From Carcharhinus amblyrhynchos (lineage: Eukaryota): a stretch of DNA of 64,000 bases. The position numbers and the translations under genes were made by a program. Under the pieces are notes generated by a model, which worked only from the letters and a program-made list of their open reading frames with translations, was not told the origin of the DNA and did not search any database. Location: NCBI GenBank assembly GCA_965287045.1, contig OZ336880.1, positions 40,982,001 to 41,046,000 of the forward strand, written 5' to 3'. Positions 35,701 to 50,700 of this stretch are shown piece by piece; positions within the stretch are counted from its first letter, which is position 1; each line of letters starts with the position of its first letter.

Positions 35701-38700
35701 AAGGCTTGAGGTGTTGAAGGATTTCGCAATAATTTTATTACTGATATGGATGATAAGATAGACAAGATAGAAATTAGACTCTATACTCTATCTGGGAGTG
35801 AGTGGATGAAGAGACAGACAGAGAACTGGATATTGATAACTTCTGAAGAGAAAATGGAGATAGATGGTGGAGAGACTGGAGGGGCTGATTGTGGACAAGT
35901 CCCCAGGACCGGATGGAATGCATCCGAGGGTTCTGAAAGAAATGGCGGAGGTGATAGTGGATGCCTTGGTGGTTATTTTCCAGACGTCGCTGGATTCCGG
36001 GGAAGTGCCGGAAGATTGGAAAACGGCTAATGTTACGCCGTTGTTTAAGAAGGGTGCCAGGCAAAAGGCGGGGAATTATAGGCCGGTTAGTTTAACGTCT
36101 GTGGTAGGTAAAATGTTAGAATCCATCATTAAGCAGGAAATTGCGAGGCATCTTGAAGGGAATTGCTTGATAGGGCGGACGCAACACGGTTTCATTAAAG
36201 GGAAGTCGTGTCTGACAAATTTACTGGAGTTCTATGAGGATGTGTCTAGGGCAGTGGATAGAGGAGAGCCGGTGGATGTGGTCTTTCTGGATTTTCAGAA
36301 GGCGTTTGACAAGGTACCTCACAAGAGGTTATTGCAGAAGGTCAGGGGACATGGAGTTGGGGGTAGGGTGTTAGCGTGGATAGAGGATTGGTTGTCAAAT
36401 AGGAGGCAGAGAGTGGGGGTCAATGGGTGCTATTCGGATTGGCGGATGGTGACTAGTGGGGTGCCCCAGGGGTCGGTGCTGGGGCCTCAGCTATTTACCA
36501 TTTATATAGATGATCTGGAGGAGGGAACCGAGTGCAGGGTGTCGAAATTTGCTGATGACACCAAGATTGGGGGAACGGCAAATTGTGCGGAGGGTGTGGA
36601 GAGTCTGCAGAAGGATCTAGATAGGCTGGGCGAATGGGCCAGGAAATGGCAAATGGAATTTAATGTTGGCAAGTGTGAGGTGGTCCACTTTGGTAGGAAG
36701 AATGGTAGGAAGGACTATTACTTACGTGGCGAAAAACTGCAGCAGGCGACGGTGCAGAGGGACCTCGGGGTCCTTGTGCATGAATCGCAAAAACCCAGCT
36801 TGCAGGTGCAGCAGGTGGTCAGGAAGGCGAATGGGATGCTGGCCTTCATAGCGAGGGGGATTGAATATAAAAGTAGGGAGGTCTTGCTGCAGCTGTATAG
36901 GGCATTGGTGAGGCCGCAGCTGGAGTACTGTGTGCAGTTTTGGGCGCCGCACCTGCGCAAGGATATTTTGGCCCTGGAGGGAGTGCAGAGGAGGTTTACT
37001 AGGCTGATACCGGAGTTGAGGGGATTGAGCTATGAGGAGAGGCTGAATAAACTAGGCTTGTACTCGTTAGAGTTTAGAAGAATGAGGGGAGATCTCATTG
37101 AGACGTATAAGATGATGAATGGGATGGATAGGATAGAGGTGGAGAGACTCTTCCCGCTCAAAAAAGACAGTAGGACTAGGGGGCACAGCCTCAAGATAAA
37201 GGGGAGGCGGTTTAGAACGGAGTTGAGGAGGAACTTCTTCACTCAAAGGGTGGTGAATCTCTGGAATTCTCTGCCCGTTGAAGTGGTGGAGGCTGCCTCG
37301 CTAAATATTTTTAAGAAGCGGGTTGATGGGTTTTTGATAAGAGAAGGGATTAAGGGTTATGGGGAGAGGGCGGGAAAGTGGAACTGAGCCACGACAGATC
37401 AGCCATGATCTTATTGAATGGCGGGGCAGGCTCGAAGGGCTAGATGGCCTACTCCTGCTCCTATTTCTTATGTTCTTATGTTCTTATGAAAGTTCAGAGG
37501 AATCAAGATAGGTTGAGTTTTGATAGATATTTATTGTTTTAACTCTAAAATATTTGTGACCGTATACTTGCTGATGGTTGAAAAAATGTGCTCAGAATAC
37601 TTGTACTGTTTTATATTACACAGCTTTTCATTTTTGTCATTCCAGGTTACTGGTCTGAAACCAGGAGTGAAATATTATTATCGGGTATCGGCAGAAAATG
37701 CAGCAGGTGTTTCAGATCCAGCTGATGCCCTTGGCCCACTAACAGCTGATGATCCTCATGGTAATGGAAGTCCTTTTCTAAATACAAATATATTAAAGGC
37801 TACAAAATTGAGCTTTTTAAAAAAATTATGATATTTATAGCTTTTCAAGACTGATTGCACTTATCTCTTTCAGTGGCTCCTACCCTTGACCTGAGTGCAT
37901 TCAAAGATGGTCTTGAGGTCATTGTTCCAGAACCACTTAAGATTCGCGTTCCTATCACTGGCTACCCTATACCCACTGCAAAGTGGGCTAAGGATGAAAC
38001 ACCTATTGAAAGTAGTGATCGTGCGAAGATGCAAACAACTGCTGCATATACACTATTGGTCATTTCTCCCAGTGAGCGCCCTGATAAGGGACTATACAGC
38101 TTGACACTGGAAAACGATGTGTCGTCTGTCTCAGGAGAAATTAAAGTGAATGTAATTGGTAAGTATCTGAATATTTTCAAAAAAATAAACATTTTAATTA
38201 ATTGTTCCAAGAGAATTTCACGATAGTTTGTATTTATATATCACCTTTAACACTGAAAACATCTCAAGACTCTTAACAAAGACAGGAAGAAAATAAATAC
38301 ATTATGTGGGCATGTGCCATGCCTTCAACCTGCAAGTCAGGAGAAGTTATTGAAAACGTAATTAAAAGGACGGGTTTTGAAAAGGTTTTTAAAGATCGGG
38401 AAAAAAAGCAAAGACGAGAAAAGATTTAAGGAAAGCATTTCAGAAAGTGGGGTTAAACCACCTGAAGGTGCTGAAAGTAATGATGAACTAAAGGGACTTC
38501 AAAAAAAGGAGAAAGCGAGATACAAATGGTCAGCGAGAACGACTGACTGATATAGAAAGAGTTCTAATCCTTGGAGAAATTGCAGAATCGGACATGCAAA
38601 GCTGTGGAAGAATTTGAAAAATGGGATCATTATTTTAAATTGCATGCATAATACAATCATGGAATCAGAGTTTGTCAGAAATGCTGTGGTTGATGGAAGA

Positions 38701-41700
38701 GTGCAGTTGATTACTGGATAGGAAGTTGTTTTTCACAAGTTGGATTGTACAGAGGGTGAGGAGTGGAAGACTGGCATAAAGAGATCATCAAAAGAGTGAG
38801 CCTAGAAGTATGGTGAAGGAGTTCAACAGGAGTAAATAGACGTGGAGATAAGCAATGTTGAATCAAGTGGTCTTGCTGGCATTGTAAGAATGGATACTGG
38901 TATGAAGCTCAGCTCCAGATCAAATGTGATGGTGGCTTTTCACAGCCAAGGTGCCTTGAGAGGAGAAGGGAATCAGTAACAAGGGTGTTTATGACATGGT
39001 TATAAAACAACAAAACTATAAGACATTTAATTCTTCACTGTTTTAACTTCACAGAACGCCCAAGTGCACCAAAAGACTTGAAAGTGTCAGAAATTGGTCG
39101 AAATACCGTACATTTGATGTGGGAGATACCAGATAATGATGGTGGAAGTCCATTGACTGGATATCTTGTTGAAAAACGTGAAGTTAACCGCAAGACTTGG
39201 ACCAAAGTAAGTCATGAACCACACTGGTCTAATTTTACATTTCGTACAAACCCACAAATATTGAACTTGTGGTTCAAAATTGTCACCCACTATCATTAAA
39301 GTTGCTAATTTAGACTGAAAACAAAGTAATTGCTGCCTATTTGGAAAAATGATTTTTGTAAGTTATAAGTTCAGAGACTGAGATACTGAAGGAAACAAAC
39401 AAGAATAGAGCTGTTCAGATGTCAGTACAAGTGCTGCTCCATTATTACAAAGAACAAATAACAATACAGCACAAGAACGGCCCACCAAACCTGCACCAAT
39501 TCCTAGTCCTTACATAGACACTATTGCCCATATTGCTATGTAGTATATGTAACTAAACATAGACGTCAATCCTATGTCCATACCATTCTGCACAGTAAAT
39601 GTTCACTATAGATTTAAGCCGTTCATTCAAATTCTTATGCAGAATTTTCTGTTTTCTTTGAGTCCTTGTATTACGTTTCTCCAGTCAAATCAGTTTTCAA
39701 AACTCCTTGGGAGCACTAATTTCCCCAGTGATGTGGGAAGGAGAGGACAGGCAAGTCAGGCTTTTTCCCTTTCAGTTTGTTTTGGAATGTCTCAGGTTCT
39801 TCATACAGGCAATGCTAAGCCTATACTTACTGTCATCAGAGGATCAGATCAAGCCATGGCAATGAGGTGGGTGCTAACAGCCCACTTACCTCATTTTTTT
39901 CTAAAAAGAAAATCAGTTTTATGCTGGTGTGAATTTCCCACGGGATCTTCCACTGCTGCCCACCATGGCAGATCGGGAAGCCTGCTGGTGGCTGGCATGA
40001 AACGGATTTGTGTCCTGCTAATGGGATGTATATGAAGCCCTGACCAGAGTCTTCTCGCCCACTCTCGACTCTCCGTGAAGCTAATGGGAAAGCAGGCCAG
40101 TTTAGAACGTGACTGAAATAATGTGGAGTGCAGAAGTTGGGAATTACCTGAAAAATGATTGGTGTGATCCCTGGAGTTTGGGGTGGAGGCCATCAGCGAC
40201 CCTGGACCCTGGAGTACCACAGCAGTGGGTGGGAGGAAGCATCTATTAGGGGGATCATCCAGCTTCAGTGTTATTGAGAAGGTCCATCTTCTCGCCTCAG
40301 CATCTGCCTGAAGATCCATCTTCTTTCTCAGGAGGTCCATCTTCTTTGTTCAATGATGGGTCAGTGCTTTTGGATGTCTTTTAAATATGGCATCCAGGTA
40401 TAATAGCGGGACACATACAATCAAGCACATTCAGCCATGGACTATGGTGCAAAACGTTGGATGCATATGTAATGAGATCAGGGCTGAAAGATATGGTGTG
40501 GTTTCCCACCAGCCTTTGCAATGGGAATCACTCCCCATCCCCGCCTCCACCATGGAATTTAGTCCCAGATTGGAGAATTCTCCCTTTGTCTTTACCAGCC
40601 TCTCACTGCCTGGAACCCTTCTCATGGCTGTTCCCCAATGGCCTCTCCAGGGGCTAATGCAAGATCTGCAGTTAAGATATGTGATGAAGCTGCTTTTCAA
40701 ACAAGTTCTTCAATCTTTTATACATAATTGATGATAGGAAAAAGAGGATTTTGCTGTGTTTAAGAAAGAGGTGGCAGTATTTTTATATTTTGGATTTATT
40801 AACATTAATGGATCATCATATTCTCCCATTTCTAGGTTATTGCGGGAGTGCAAGATTTGGAATTTACTGTCCCTGACCTCTTCCAAGGAAGAGACTACCT
40901 ATTTAGAGTTTCTGCCTGTAACAAGTGTGGTCCAGGGGAACCTGCATATATTGATGAACCTGTTAATGTGTCTGCACCAGCAAGTAAGTATTTAGCTATG
41001 TTAATCATCCAGCTGGAATGGTAGCTTATTTCCTTTGTAAATAAAGCCAAATAGACCTATTTGATTCATTTTTAAATGTATGCAGTATAGTTACTCTTTA
41101 AATATTTCATAGTGTTTCACTAGTCACATGCTAAAATATATCATGTTAAAACATTTGTAGTGAAAGAATTTGCATTGCAAGCTCAGATCTTTCCAAAAAT
41201 GACTTAGCAAGCATTTTCATAGAACAGCTGTATAAAGTTGAGATCTAATTTAAGCTAAGCATGTTTTCTTCTCCACTCTCTTAATGGATGAATTTTTCTG
41301 GTTTTTTTCCAATATTGTCTCAGGTGAGGAAATCAGTATGCATCCTGTCAGCTGCATTGCTGGTTTTTCCTGCCAAACTTTTAAATATTTGGGGAACAAA
41401 AATGTTAGCAGCATATCCCATGCCGTCATGCTGGTGGAGCAGGCTCTGAATGAACCCGCAGTGTCTCCCCAATCTAAAAAAACAATAAGGAAAGGATCCC
41501 CGTAATGCACATGGGACCCCCGCCCACAGACACATTCCCCCCCCATACCTCTGGGAACACTCCCTCCTGAACCTCCCCAATGGAAGCACTTCTGGGCACT
41601 GCCCCTGCATTCATGGGCAGTCCCAGGGTACTGCCCAGGCATGACCCTCTCCCCACTGGGGACACTTCTCACCTGAGTGCCCCCAGCAGAGACTATTTGC

Positions 41701-44700
41701 CAGGATCCTGTTTTACAAAAGCTGTGGTAGACGTTGGCATGAGTGGAGTCCTAATTTGGGGGATAATAGAGCGGGGAAGCCTGCTAATGGTATTAAAATG
41801 TATGGTAATGGGTTTCCCATCATTGCATGACGGGAACCTTGTTACATTGTTGGTGGGGAGGCAGGGACAATCCAATTAGGAAATCCCACTGGTGTGAAAG
41901 CCATTTTGGGGTTCCTGCTGGATTTTCTGACCCGCCAAGATTCCTGCCTGCAGAAAACAGGGGAAGAAAATCCCAGGTGATGTTTTCCCATCTGGATCAT
42001 CTGTGGATTTCCTTTGGCTGGCATCAATTATTCTTTCAGTCAGGTACCTTCCCCTATTTTGGGGAAGATGCCTGTGCAAACACAAAGTTTTTCAATGATG
42101 GGCATTCAACTACTCGACTTCTCTTTTTCACTTCCCTTCCCTTTCCCTTCTCGTGTAGGTCTCAGTCACCGCTGAGGTCTAACAGGGTGCCAATATTCTA
42201 CCTTCTTTAGCAGCCTCTGGGGCTGTGGCAGTAGCCCTACCATGAACCTGCCATAATTTGACTTGTGAAATCACTTTGGTGGTGATGATGGATGGAGCTT
42301 AAGTCATGTCCTACTGCAACATTGACTGGAAGGAAAATCCCACCTTTTAAACAGGATTTGCCAGCCCTGCCTGCCTCCAGGATTGTCTGCCAAACCTTAT
42401 GGCTAGGCCACTGAATCTCCTGCAGATGCCCCCCCACAATGAAGTGGGAAAGTCCCAGCCTGTTGTGACTCACATTCATTAATACTACCAATCCCCATAT
42501 ATTTCATAAAATTATCATTCAGAGAATCGAACATCATTTGCATTGAACCATTTGAGCTGTATTAGCATCAAACATAAACTGATTTAGACCCTTTGAGGAA
42601 ATTTGTCTTAAGTATGTTTGATGAGTTTTTTTTTAATTTTTGGACTGTAGGTTTTAATTTGTAATTCTGCACTTCACAGCTGTTCCAGATCCTCCAGAAA
42701 ATGTCAGATGGAGGAACCCATCTTCCAAAGGAATCTTCCTTACATGGGAGCCACCGAAATATGATGGAGGCTCCAGAATTAAAGGATATATGGTAGAAAA
42801 ATGTCAACGTGGTGCTGAGAAGTGGGAGCTCTGTGGAGACTCAGTCAATGAATTGAAGTGAGTTTTGTATTTAATTTTCTGATGTTTTCCATGTTTTCAA
42901 TAGTACACAGTAAATACTTAAACTGCTGATATGTTAAACAGGATGGAAGTGACCGGTCTCAATGAAGGGGAATGGTATTCATACCGTGTTAAAGCTTTGA
43001 ACAAACAAGGGGCCAGCAAACCAAGTAAACCCACAGATGATGTACAAGCAATCGATCCAAAAGGTGCATTGTTATTGATATAAATGTATTGTTCCAAAGC
43101 TGTATCATTTTAACAAGCTTTATTCAAATACTTCAGACCTATTGAAAATGTTGATAGATTTATTTCACAAATATGCTCATTGTGTTAAACTTTGTCACTG
43201 CTGCAAGTTTAATTGCTTTATAAGGAAATAGAATGTTAGTTTTTCAGTAACTTACTATAATGCATTTACAGCTGAGATATATTAATAAATTCAGTGAGCT
43301 TGTGCAACAAACAATTCTAATTTCCCCATTAATTCTTATTAATATTTGGGAGCCACAAATCAGGCATGCAGTTTTCAATGCCTGATTCTCCAATCAGTAA
43401 TCTGTCAAATGTGGCTTTACAATGGAAGCAGAGCCTTACTGAATTGAAACTATATTTTCTATTTTAATTACACAACTTTTTGACTAAAATTATAACATTT
43501 CCCCCCCACCCCCCCAACAGAGGCCCCGGAGATTCAGCTTGATGTTAAGCTATTGGCCGGCATTACTGTGAAGGCTGGGACAAAGATTGAGCTCCCAGCT
43601 TTTATCTCTGGCAAACCTACTCCAAAAATTACGTGGACAAAAGCTGAGCACTTGCTGAAGCCTGATGACAGACTAACTATCGAGACAAAGCCTGATAGTT
43701 CCACTGTGACAGTCGTAAACACCAAAAGGAGTGACAGCGGTCCTTATCTTATTGAAGCAGTAAACACCAGTGGCCGTGCCACTGCTGTTGTTGAAGTCAA
43801 TATTCTAGGTAATTCAAATGTTAAGATTCCTTTTATCAACTTAAGTAAAGCTTGAAATAAATTAATTCTCTTAAACATGTACTGACTGGTTCCTTTGTTT
43901 ACAGACAAACCTGGACCACCAGCTGCATTTGATATCACTGATATTACAAATGAAACCTGCACCTTGACGTGGAATCCACCCAGAGATGATGGTGGTTCAC
44001 GCGTTACAAATTATATCATGGAATGTAAGGCAGGAACTAGTGAAATATGGAATAAGCTCTCATCCACCATCAAAGAAACCAAATTCAAGGCAACAAACCT
44101 TACACCATTGAAAGAATATACATTTAGAGTTAGTGCTGAAAACATGTATGGTGTTGGAGAACCATCTCAGCATGCTCCAATTATAGCTAAATATAGTTTT
44201 GGTAAGGAAAATATAATTTTCTGTATTATAATTGTAACATTTGTTACATAATTTGCACATAGTATGTCATTTTGATTTTTTAAATTCCCGGGAAATGTGA
44301 TTGTCTGTTAGATCCACCTGGTCCTCCAACACGTCTACAAGGTTCAGATATTGCCAAGGATTCTCTTACATTGACATGGTATGAACCAGATGATGATGGT
44401 GGCAGCCCAATCACTGGATATTTTGTTGAAAGATTTGATCCAGAGACTGACAAATGGATTAGATGTAATAAGGTTCCTGTCAAAGATACAACTTTCAGGT
44501 ATTTATGACAATGATTTACACATGAACCAAATTTTATAAAGCTCAATAATAGGTTATGATAAATGTCATATTATAATAATGATTTGATTAGAGGTAGTTA
44601 ATCTCCCATGGCAGTTCTCTTGGTGAAACTTAAAAAAAACTTCCTCTATAAAGGGCTTTTTGTTTCACATGTTAAAGTCTCTCTTTTTCTCTTCACTTTG

Positions 44701-47700
44701 ATGCATGCTTATTGCCTTGTCTATCACCCCAAATTCAAAGCGGAGGCACCTACTTGGAATCTTAATGGCTGAGCTACTCATATGATCTGACAGGTGTTAA
44801 TTGTTGCACAAACCAAATCTCATAGGAAAACTTGGCTCTGGTAATAAGATGATAAATTTACTGAATTCAGAAGCCACAAATTCCAGCTACCCTTTCCGAA
44901 TTTAAAATATCTTATCAACAGAAGAATTCTTATCAACAGAAGAAAAAGAAAACTTAACACTCAAGATTACTTTTACACGGTTACAATTATTCGTATAAAA
45001 CATTCTCCCAAAAAGACTTCTGACTTGGTCAGGCTCACAAGTAAACACTCTTTGCATAACAATCTCTTTTAACTATAAACATTTCAGTAGTATTACTATA
45101 AACCAAACCCGCAATTACTGTAGGAAATATATATCTCAGGGCTTCTCACTCACTCCCACTCTACTGTGGAAATCCAAGAAACTTCAAAACAAAGCCCTGC
45201 TTTCTGAGAAACAGGCACTGGCTGGAATGGTTCCTTTAGCTCTTTTCCCAACACAGAGCAGCACCCCAGTACGTCTCATACAGCCACTTCAGTTATGCTC
45301 TCAAAAAGTCTACTCAAATATTACTTTTTCTTCTTTCATTTTTTTTGCCCTGTTAATGCACCTTGGGACATTTTACTTTATTAAATACATTATACAAATA
45401 TAAACTGTTTCTAAGTGATCTTCTGATTAATTGCTGAACTTATGAATGGTGACTTATGATTGATTAGTTTTATTAAGGCACGAAAGGAAGAAAGGTTTAG
45501 TTGGAATGTGACTGATCAGAATTGTTTGCGCAGCGGTGGAATGTAATTGCTGAAAGCTGCCAACAATTAACCAGTTAGCAAGAACAAAGACAATCTTGCC
45601 ATTATAGTCATTGCAGATGTCAAAGAATTAGATAGATATTGTGAGACAAACTAATGTGCGCCCATACATTTTTGCAACCAACAGAGTGAAAGGACTAACT
45701 CCGAAGAAGAAGTATAAGTTCCGTGTTTTGGCAGAGAACCTAGCAGGCACTGGCAAACCTAGCAATGAAACAGACCCAATCCTAGTGAAGGATCCTATAG
45801 GTATGTATACAATTGGCTTATCAAATGAAGTCTCATAACATTTTATGTTAGGGTAAATTTTGCCAGACCCTTCGCCAGCAACATGCAACCAGCCAAATCA
45901 GAAATTCACGTAGTTTTTCATTATGCATTGGCTCTGTGCAAGGCCTGATAGAATTGACCAATATTTTTCCTGTAAATTCATTTATAGACCCACCATGGCC
46001 CCCTGGAAAGCCTAATGTTAAAGATGTCATGAAGACTTCAGCGTTCTTAACTTGGAATAGGCCAGAACATGATGGAGGGGCAAAGATTGAGTCTTACGTT
46101 GTTGAATTGCTGAAGAGTGGAACAGACGAATGGGTGAGAGTAGCTGACGGCATTCCCAGCACTGAATATTTCTTGAAAGGGCTTATGGATAAACAAGAAT
46201 ACTCATTCCGTGTTAGAGCTGTTAACAAAGTTGGGGAAAGCGAACCCAGTGAACCCAGCGATCCTGTGCTGTGCAAGGACAGATTGAGTAAGTTCCACTC
46301 AATTTATGTATTTTGTATATCACATAGCAGCCTTCAATTACCAAATTAATGCAAAAAGTCATAATCTTTTGAGTGTGAGGATTGTTTTCTTCTCCACAGA
46401 TCCTCCTTCGCCTCCACGCTGGCTTCAAGTTGTTAATATCACAAAAAATACTGCGGATCTTAAATGGACAGCTCCAGAAAAGGATGGTGGTTCTCCAATA
46501 ACAAACTATATTGTGGAAAAAAGAGATGTAAGAAGAAAGGGTTGGCAGACTGTTGACACAACGATAAAAGACACCAACGCTACAGTTACACCTCTTTCAG
46601 AAGGTTCCCTGTATGTATTCAGGGTCGCTGCAGAAAATGCAGTTGGACAGAGTGAATACTGTGAACTGGAAGATTCAGTACTTGCCAAAGATACCTTCAG
46701 TAAGCTAATTTATGCATATTATTTCCCTGTGTATAATAATTTATTTCTTTGAATTATTTTTATCTTACATATACATTTTGATTTTTCTCAAGCAACACCT
46801 GGACCACCTTATGCTCTTACGGTTGTTGATGTAACCAAGAGGCATGTTGAACTGAAATGGGAAGCTCCCAAAAATGATGGTGGAAGACCAATACAGAGGT
46901 CAATATCATTTTTTTATCCAGTGCATTTTCTGAAAATCTCTTTCTTTCCGATAATGTGCATTAATGAATGCTATTGAATGTTCATATAGGTATGTAATTG
47001 AAAAGAAAGAGAAGTTAGGAACTCGCTGGGTTAAAGCTGGGAGGACTCCAGGACCAGAATGCAACTTTAGAGTCACTGATGTTATTGAGGGCACTGAAGT
47101 ACAATTCCAAGTCCGTGCTGAAAATGAAGCTGGCTGTGGGCATCCAAGTGAACCAACTGATATGCTTACAGTTGAAGACCCAACTAGTAAGTAGAAAGTG
47201 ATATTAAGAATGTTACAATATGAGTCCCCTTAGTTTGAAAACAAATAGCAGATAACATTTAATTTTTATTTTGTGTCTAGGTCCTCCATCTCCGCCTCTT
47301 GAATTACATGTTACAGATGCAAGCAGAGAACACATATCGATTGAATGGAAGCCACCAGATAAAAATGGTGGCAGCCCTATTATTGGTTATCATGTTGAAA
47401 TTTGCGAAGCAGGAACAGAGAAGTGGATGAGAATTAATTCTCGCCCAGTAAAGGAACTGAAATACAAAGCAGTAGAAGGCATTATCCCTGATAAGGAATA
47501 TGTCTTGAGAGTTAGAGCTGTTAATGCCATTGGAGCAAGTGATCCATCAGAAATTTCAGAAAATGTCATAGCAAAGGATTCTGACTGTAAGTACAGCTTT
47601 CTTTTGAAATTATCCCTTTTTTGGTCTTAAAATGTTGATTTTCCATAAATAGAATTAACTTTTCCAATAGACTTAAAAATATACTTATTTTGATAGGTAA

Positions 47701-50700
47701 TCCAAGTATCGAACTACAGACTCAAGATATAACTGTTGTGGAGGGTGAGAAATTGAACATCCATGTACCTTTTAGAGCTGTACCAACACCAACAATTTCA
47801 TGGTTTAAGGATGGAAAGGAATTCAAAACAGATGACAGAATGACCATGAAGAGCGCCTATACTCTTGCATCCCTTGAGATTACAAAGAGTGTTCATGCTG
47901 ATGCTGGTGTCTATACTGTTACTTTGGAGAACAAACTGGGTTCAACGACAGGAACCATTCATGTTAAAGTCATCGGTAATAATCTGAAGTGAAACGGAGG
48001 GAAACTTCCTTATTTATTACCTGGTCTGAAAAGTTTATTTTCTGATTAAAATATGTTTTCCTTTGTTTTAATTCAGGATTGCCTGGTCAGTGTAAAGATA
48101 TCAAAGCAAGTGATGTCACCAAGAGTTCTTGCAAAATCACTTGGGATCCTCCAGACTATGATGGCGGCAGTCCAATTTTGCACTATGTTCTTCAACGTCG
48201 GGAGGCTGGTAGAAGAACATATACACCAGTAATGTCGGGTGAGAATAAACTGAGCTGGCCAGTAAAGGACCTTATTCCAAATAGTGAATACTATTTCCGT
48301 GTAAAGGCTGTTAACAAAATTGGTGGTGGTGAATACACTGAGCTTCGCAACCCAGTAATTGCAGAGGATCAAAAGCGTAAGTATTTTGGGGGAAAAAGTC
48401 ATCGCTTAACAACATGTATCTATTTAGCCTGCAGTCATTGTCACATTTTGAATCTGATTAATTGATGCTTTAAATTTTCCACAGAACGCCCTGATCCACC
48501 AGTTGATCTTGAGGTCCAGGATCCAACATCAAAATCAGCAACATTGACGTGGAAACCACCTCTTTATGATGGTGGCTGTAAGATCACAGGCTATATCATA
48601 GAAAAGATAGCTAAAGGAGGTGAAAAATGGGAGAGATGCAATGAGTACTTGGTTCCAGTTCTGTCATATACTGTAAAAAATCTTGAGAAAGGAAATGAAT
48701 ATCAGTTCCGTGTGCGTGCTGAGAATATTGCTGGAATTAGTGATCCTTCAAGAATTACACCAGGAATCAAAGCTGTAGATCCGGTTGGTGAGTATTTTTT
48801 TCATGTGAAGCTTTGGAAAATCATTAACTGGATCAAAACTTGATTCCTTCATTTTTATAAATGACCAGCTGAGAAAACAATGTGCACCAATTTCAAGGCT
48901 GAACAATTAAATAATGGGAAATCAATATTATTTACAATTATTCTGCTTTTCTGTACAGATCCACCAAAGGTCTTCCTCGTTGGAAACCTTCAGTTTGGAT
49001 TAAATGTCAGAAGGGGTGATGAGATTAATCTTCTAGCCCGTATATCTGGTTCTCCTTATCCAACTGTGACATGGCTTCGAAATGATATAGAAATCAAACC
49101 TGAAGAAATCAAAAAGAGAGTAACAAGAATATTTCCAGTTAAGAAGAAGGAAGATGTCGTAGAGGAGGAGGTCTTTTCTCTCAGTTTACCAGAACGTTTA
49201 ACTGTTGATAACAGCAGAACAGGAGAGTCTGAAATTATGGTTCGGGATTCCATCAGGAAAGATTATGGAAAGTTTACAGTCAAAGTAGAAAATGATCATG
49301 GTGTTGCCCATGCTAGTTGTGATGTTAATGTCCTCGGTAAGACCTTACACAAATTCTTTCATGGACGTAACAATATTATTTTTACAAGATATTGAAAAGA
49401 TGCAAACATTTACTGCTGTTTCTGCGAATGTAATTTATGAATTTTGTATTTGGCGTTCTAGACACACCTGGCCCACCAGTCAACTTCATATTTGAGGAAG
49501 TCAGAAAAGATTCAGTCATCTGTAAGTGGGAGCCTCCTTTGGACAATGGTGGCAGTGAGATTCTTAACTATATCTTGGAGAAGAAAGATAATTCCAAACC
49601 TGGAATCAGCTGGATTACTGCAACAACAACTCTTAGACACTGCATGTATCACGTAACAAAACTTATTGAAGGAAAAGAGTACCTTTTCCGTGTGGCAGCT
49701 GAAAATAAATATGGTCCTGGTCCATTTTGTGTTACAAAGCCTCTTTTGGCCAAAAATCCATTTGGTAAGCTTTTCCTGTTATTTGTCAAAATCAACATAG
49801 TATAAGATGCAATACTTAAATGTTATGTTAAAATTTTATTTGTCACAAACTTTGTTTAAAAAATGACCTTATTGATGTTATATAGCTTACAACTACATTG
49901 CCAATGATATTTGATGTTAGGTTGTTAATACCTGTACAGCGGTATACATATCCTTGTCATTCCTTATTTAGAACCTCCTGAAGCACCTGATAAACCTGAA
50001 GTGGTGGATACTACTAGAAATAGTATGGTTGTTACATGGAAAGAACCAAAAGATAACGGTAGTCCTATTATAGGCTACTGGATTGAAAAAAGAGAAATTA
50101 ACAGCACACACTGGACTCGTGTTAATAAAAACTTGATAAATGCTCTAGAAGCAAAGGCAGAAGGCCTCATGGAGGGGTTAACGTATCTATTCAGAGTCTG
50201 TGCAGAAAATGCAGCTGGTCCTGGAAAATTCAGTTTACCTTCAGATCCCAAGATAGCACGGGACCCGATTTGTAAGTATTGGTTCAACAATAGCTGATAA
50301 ACTAAAAAGCACATTTTAATGCATCTCTTATTTATTTTACAATTAATAATTTTTTTTCACTTTTAAGTGCCACCTGGGCCACCAGTACCAAGTATCCTAG
50401 ATACAAGCGCAACATCAATAGATGTAACCTGGGTTCCTCCTATCTATGATGGTGGTGGTGACATCATTGGTTATTTCGTCGACAAGCAACTTGTTGGATC
50501 AAAGGAATGGTCACGCTGCACAGAAAGACCAGTTAAAGATTGCAAGTTTACAGTCTTTGGGGTTAGAGAAGATGCAGATTATATTATTCGCGTGACAGCA
50601 GTCAATAATGCTGGGGAAGGAGCTCCTGGCCTCACTCAACCTGTAACTGTAATGGATCCAAAAGGTATTAAAAATTAAGCAATTATCTAGTAACTAGTTT

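Noticed and set aside
44910-44944. Tandem duplication of tcttatcaacagaagaa
   Set aside because: Only two copies in an intron, consistent with ordinary slippage.
49080-49200. Long charged insertion in Ig A4
   Set aside because: A similar insertion exists in human titin as recalled, so it is not novel.
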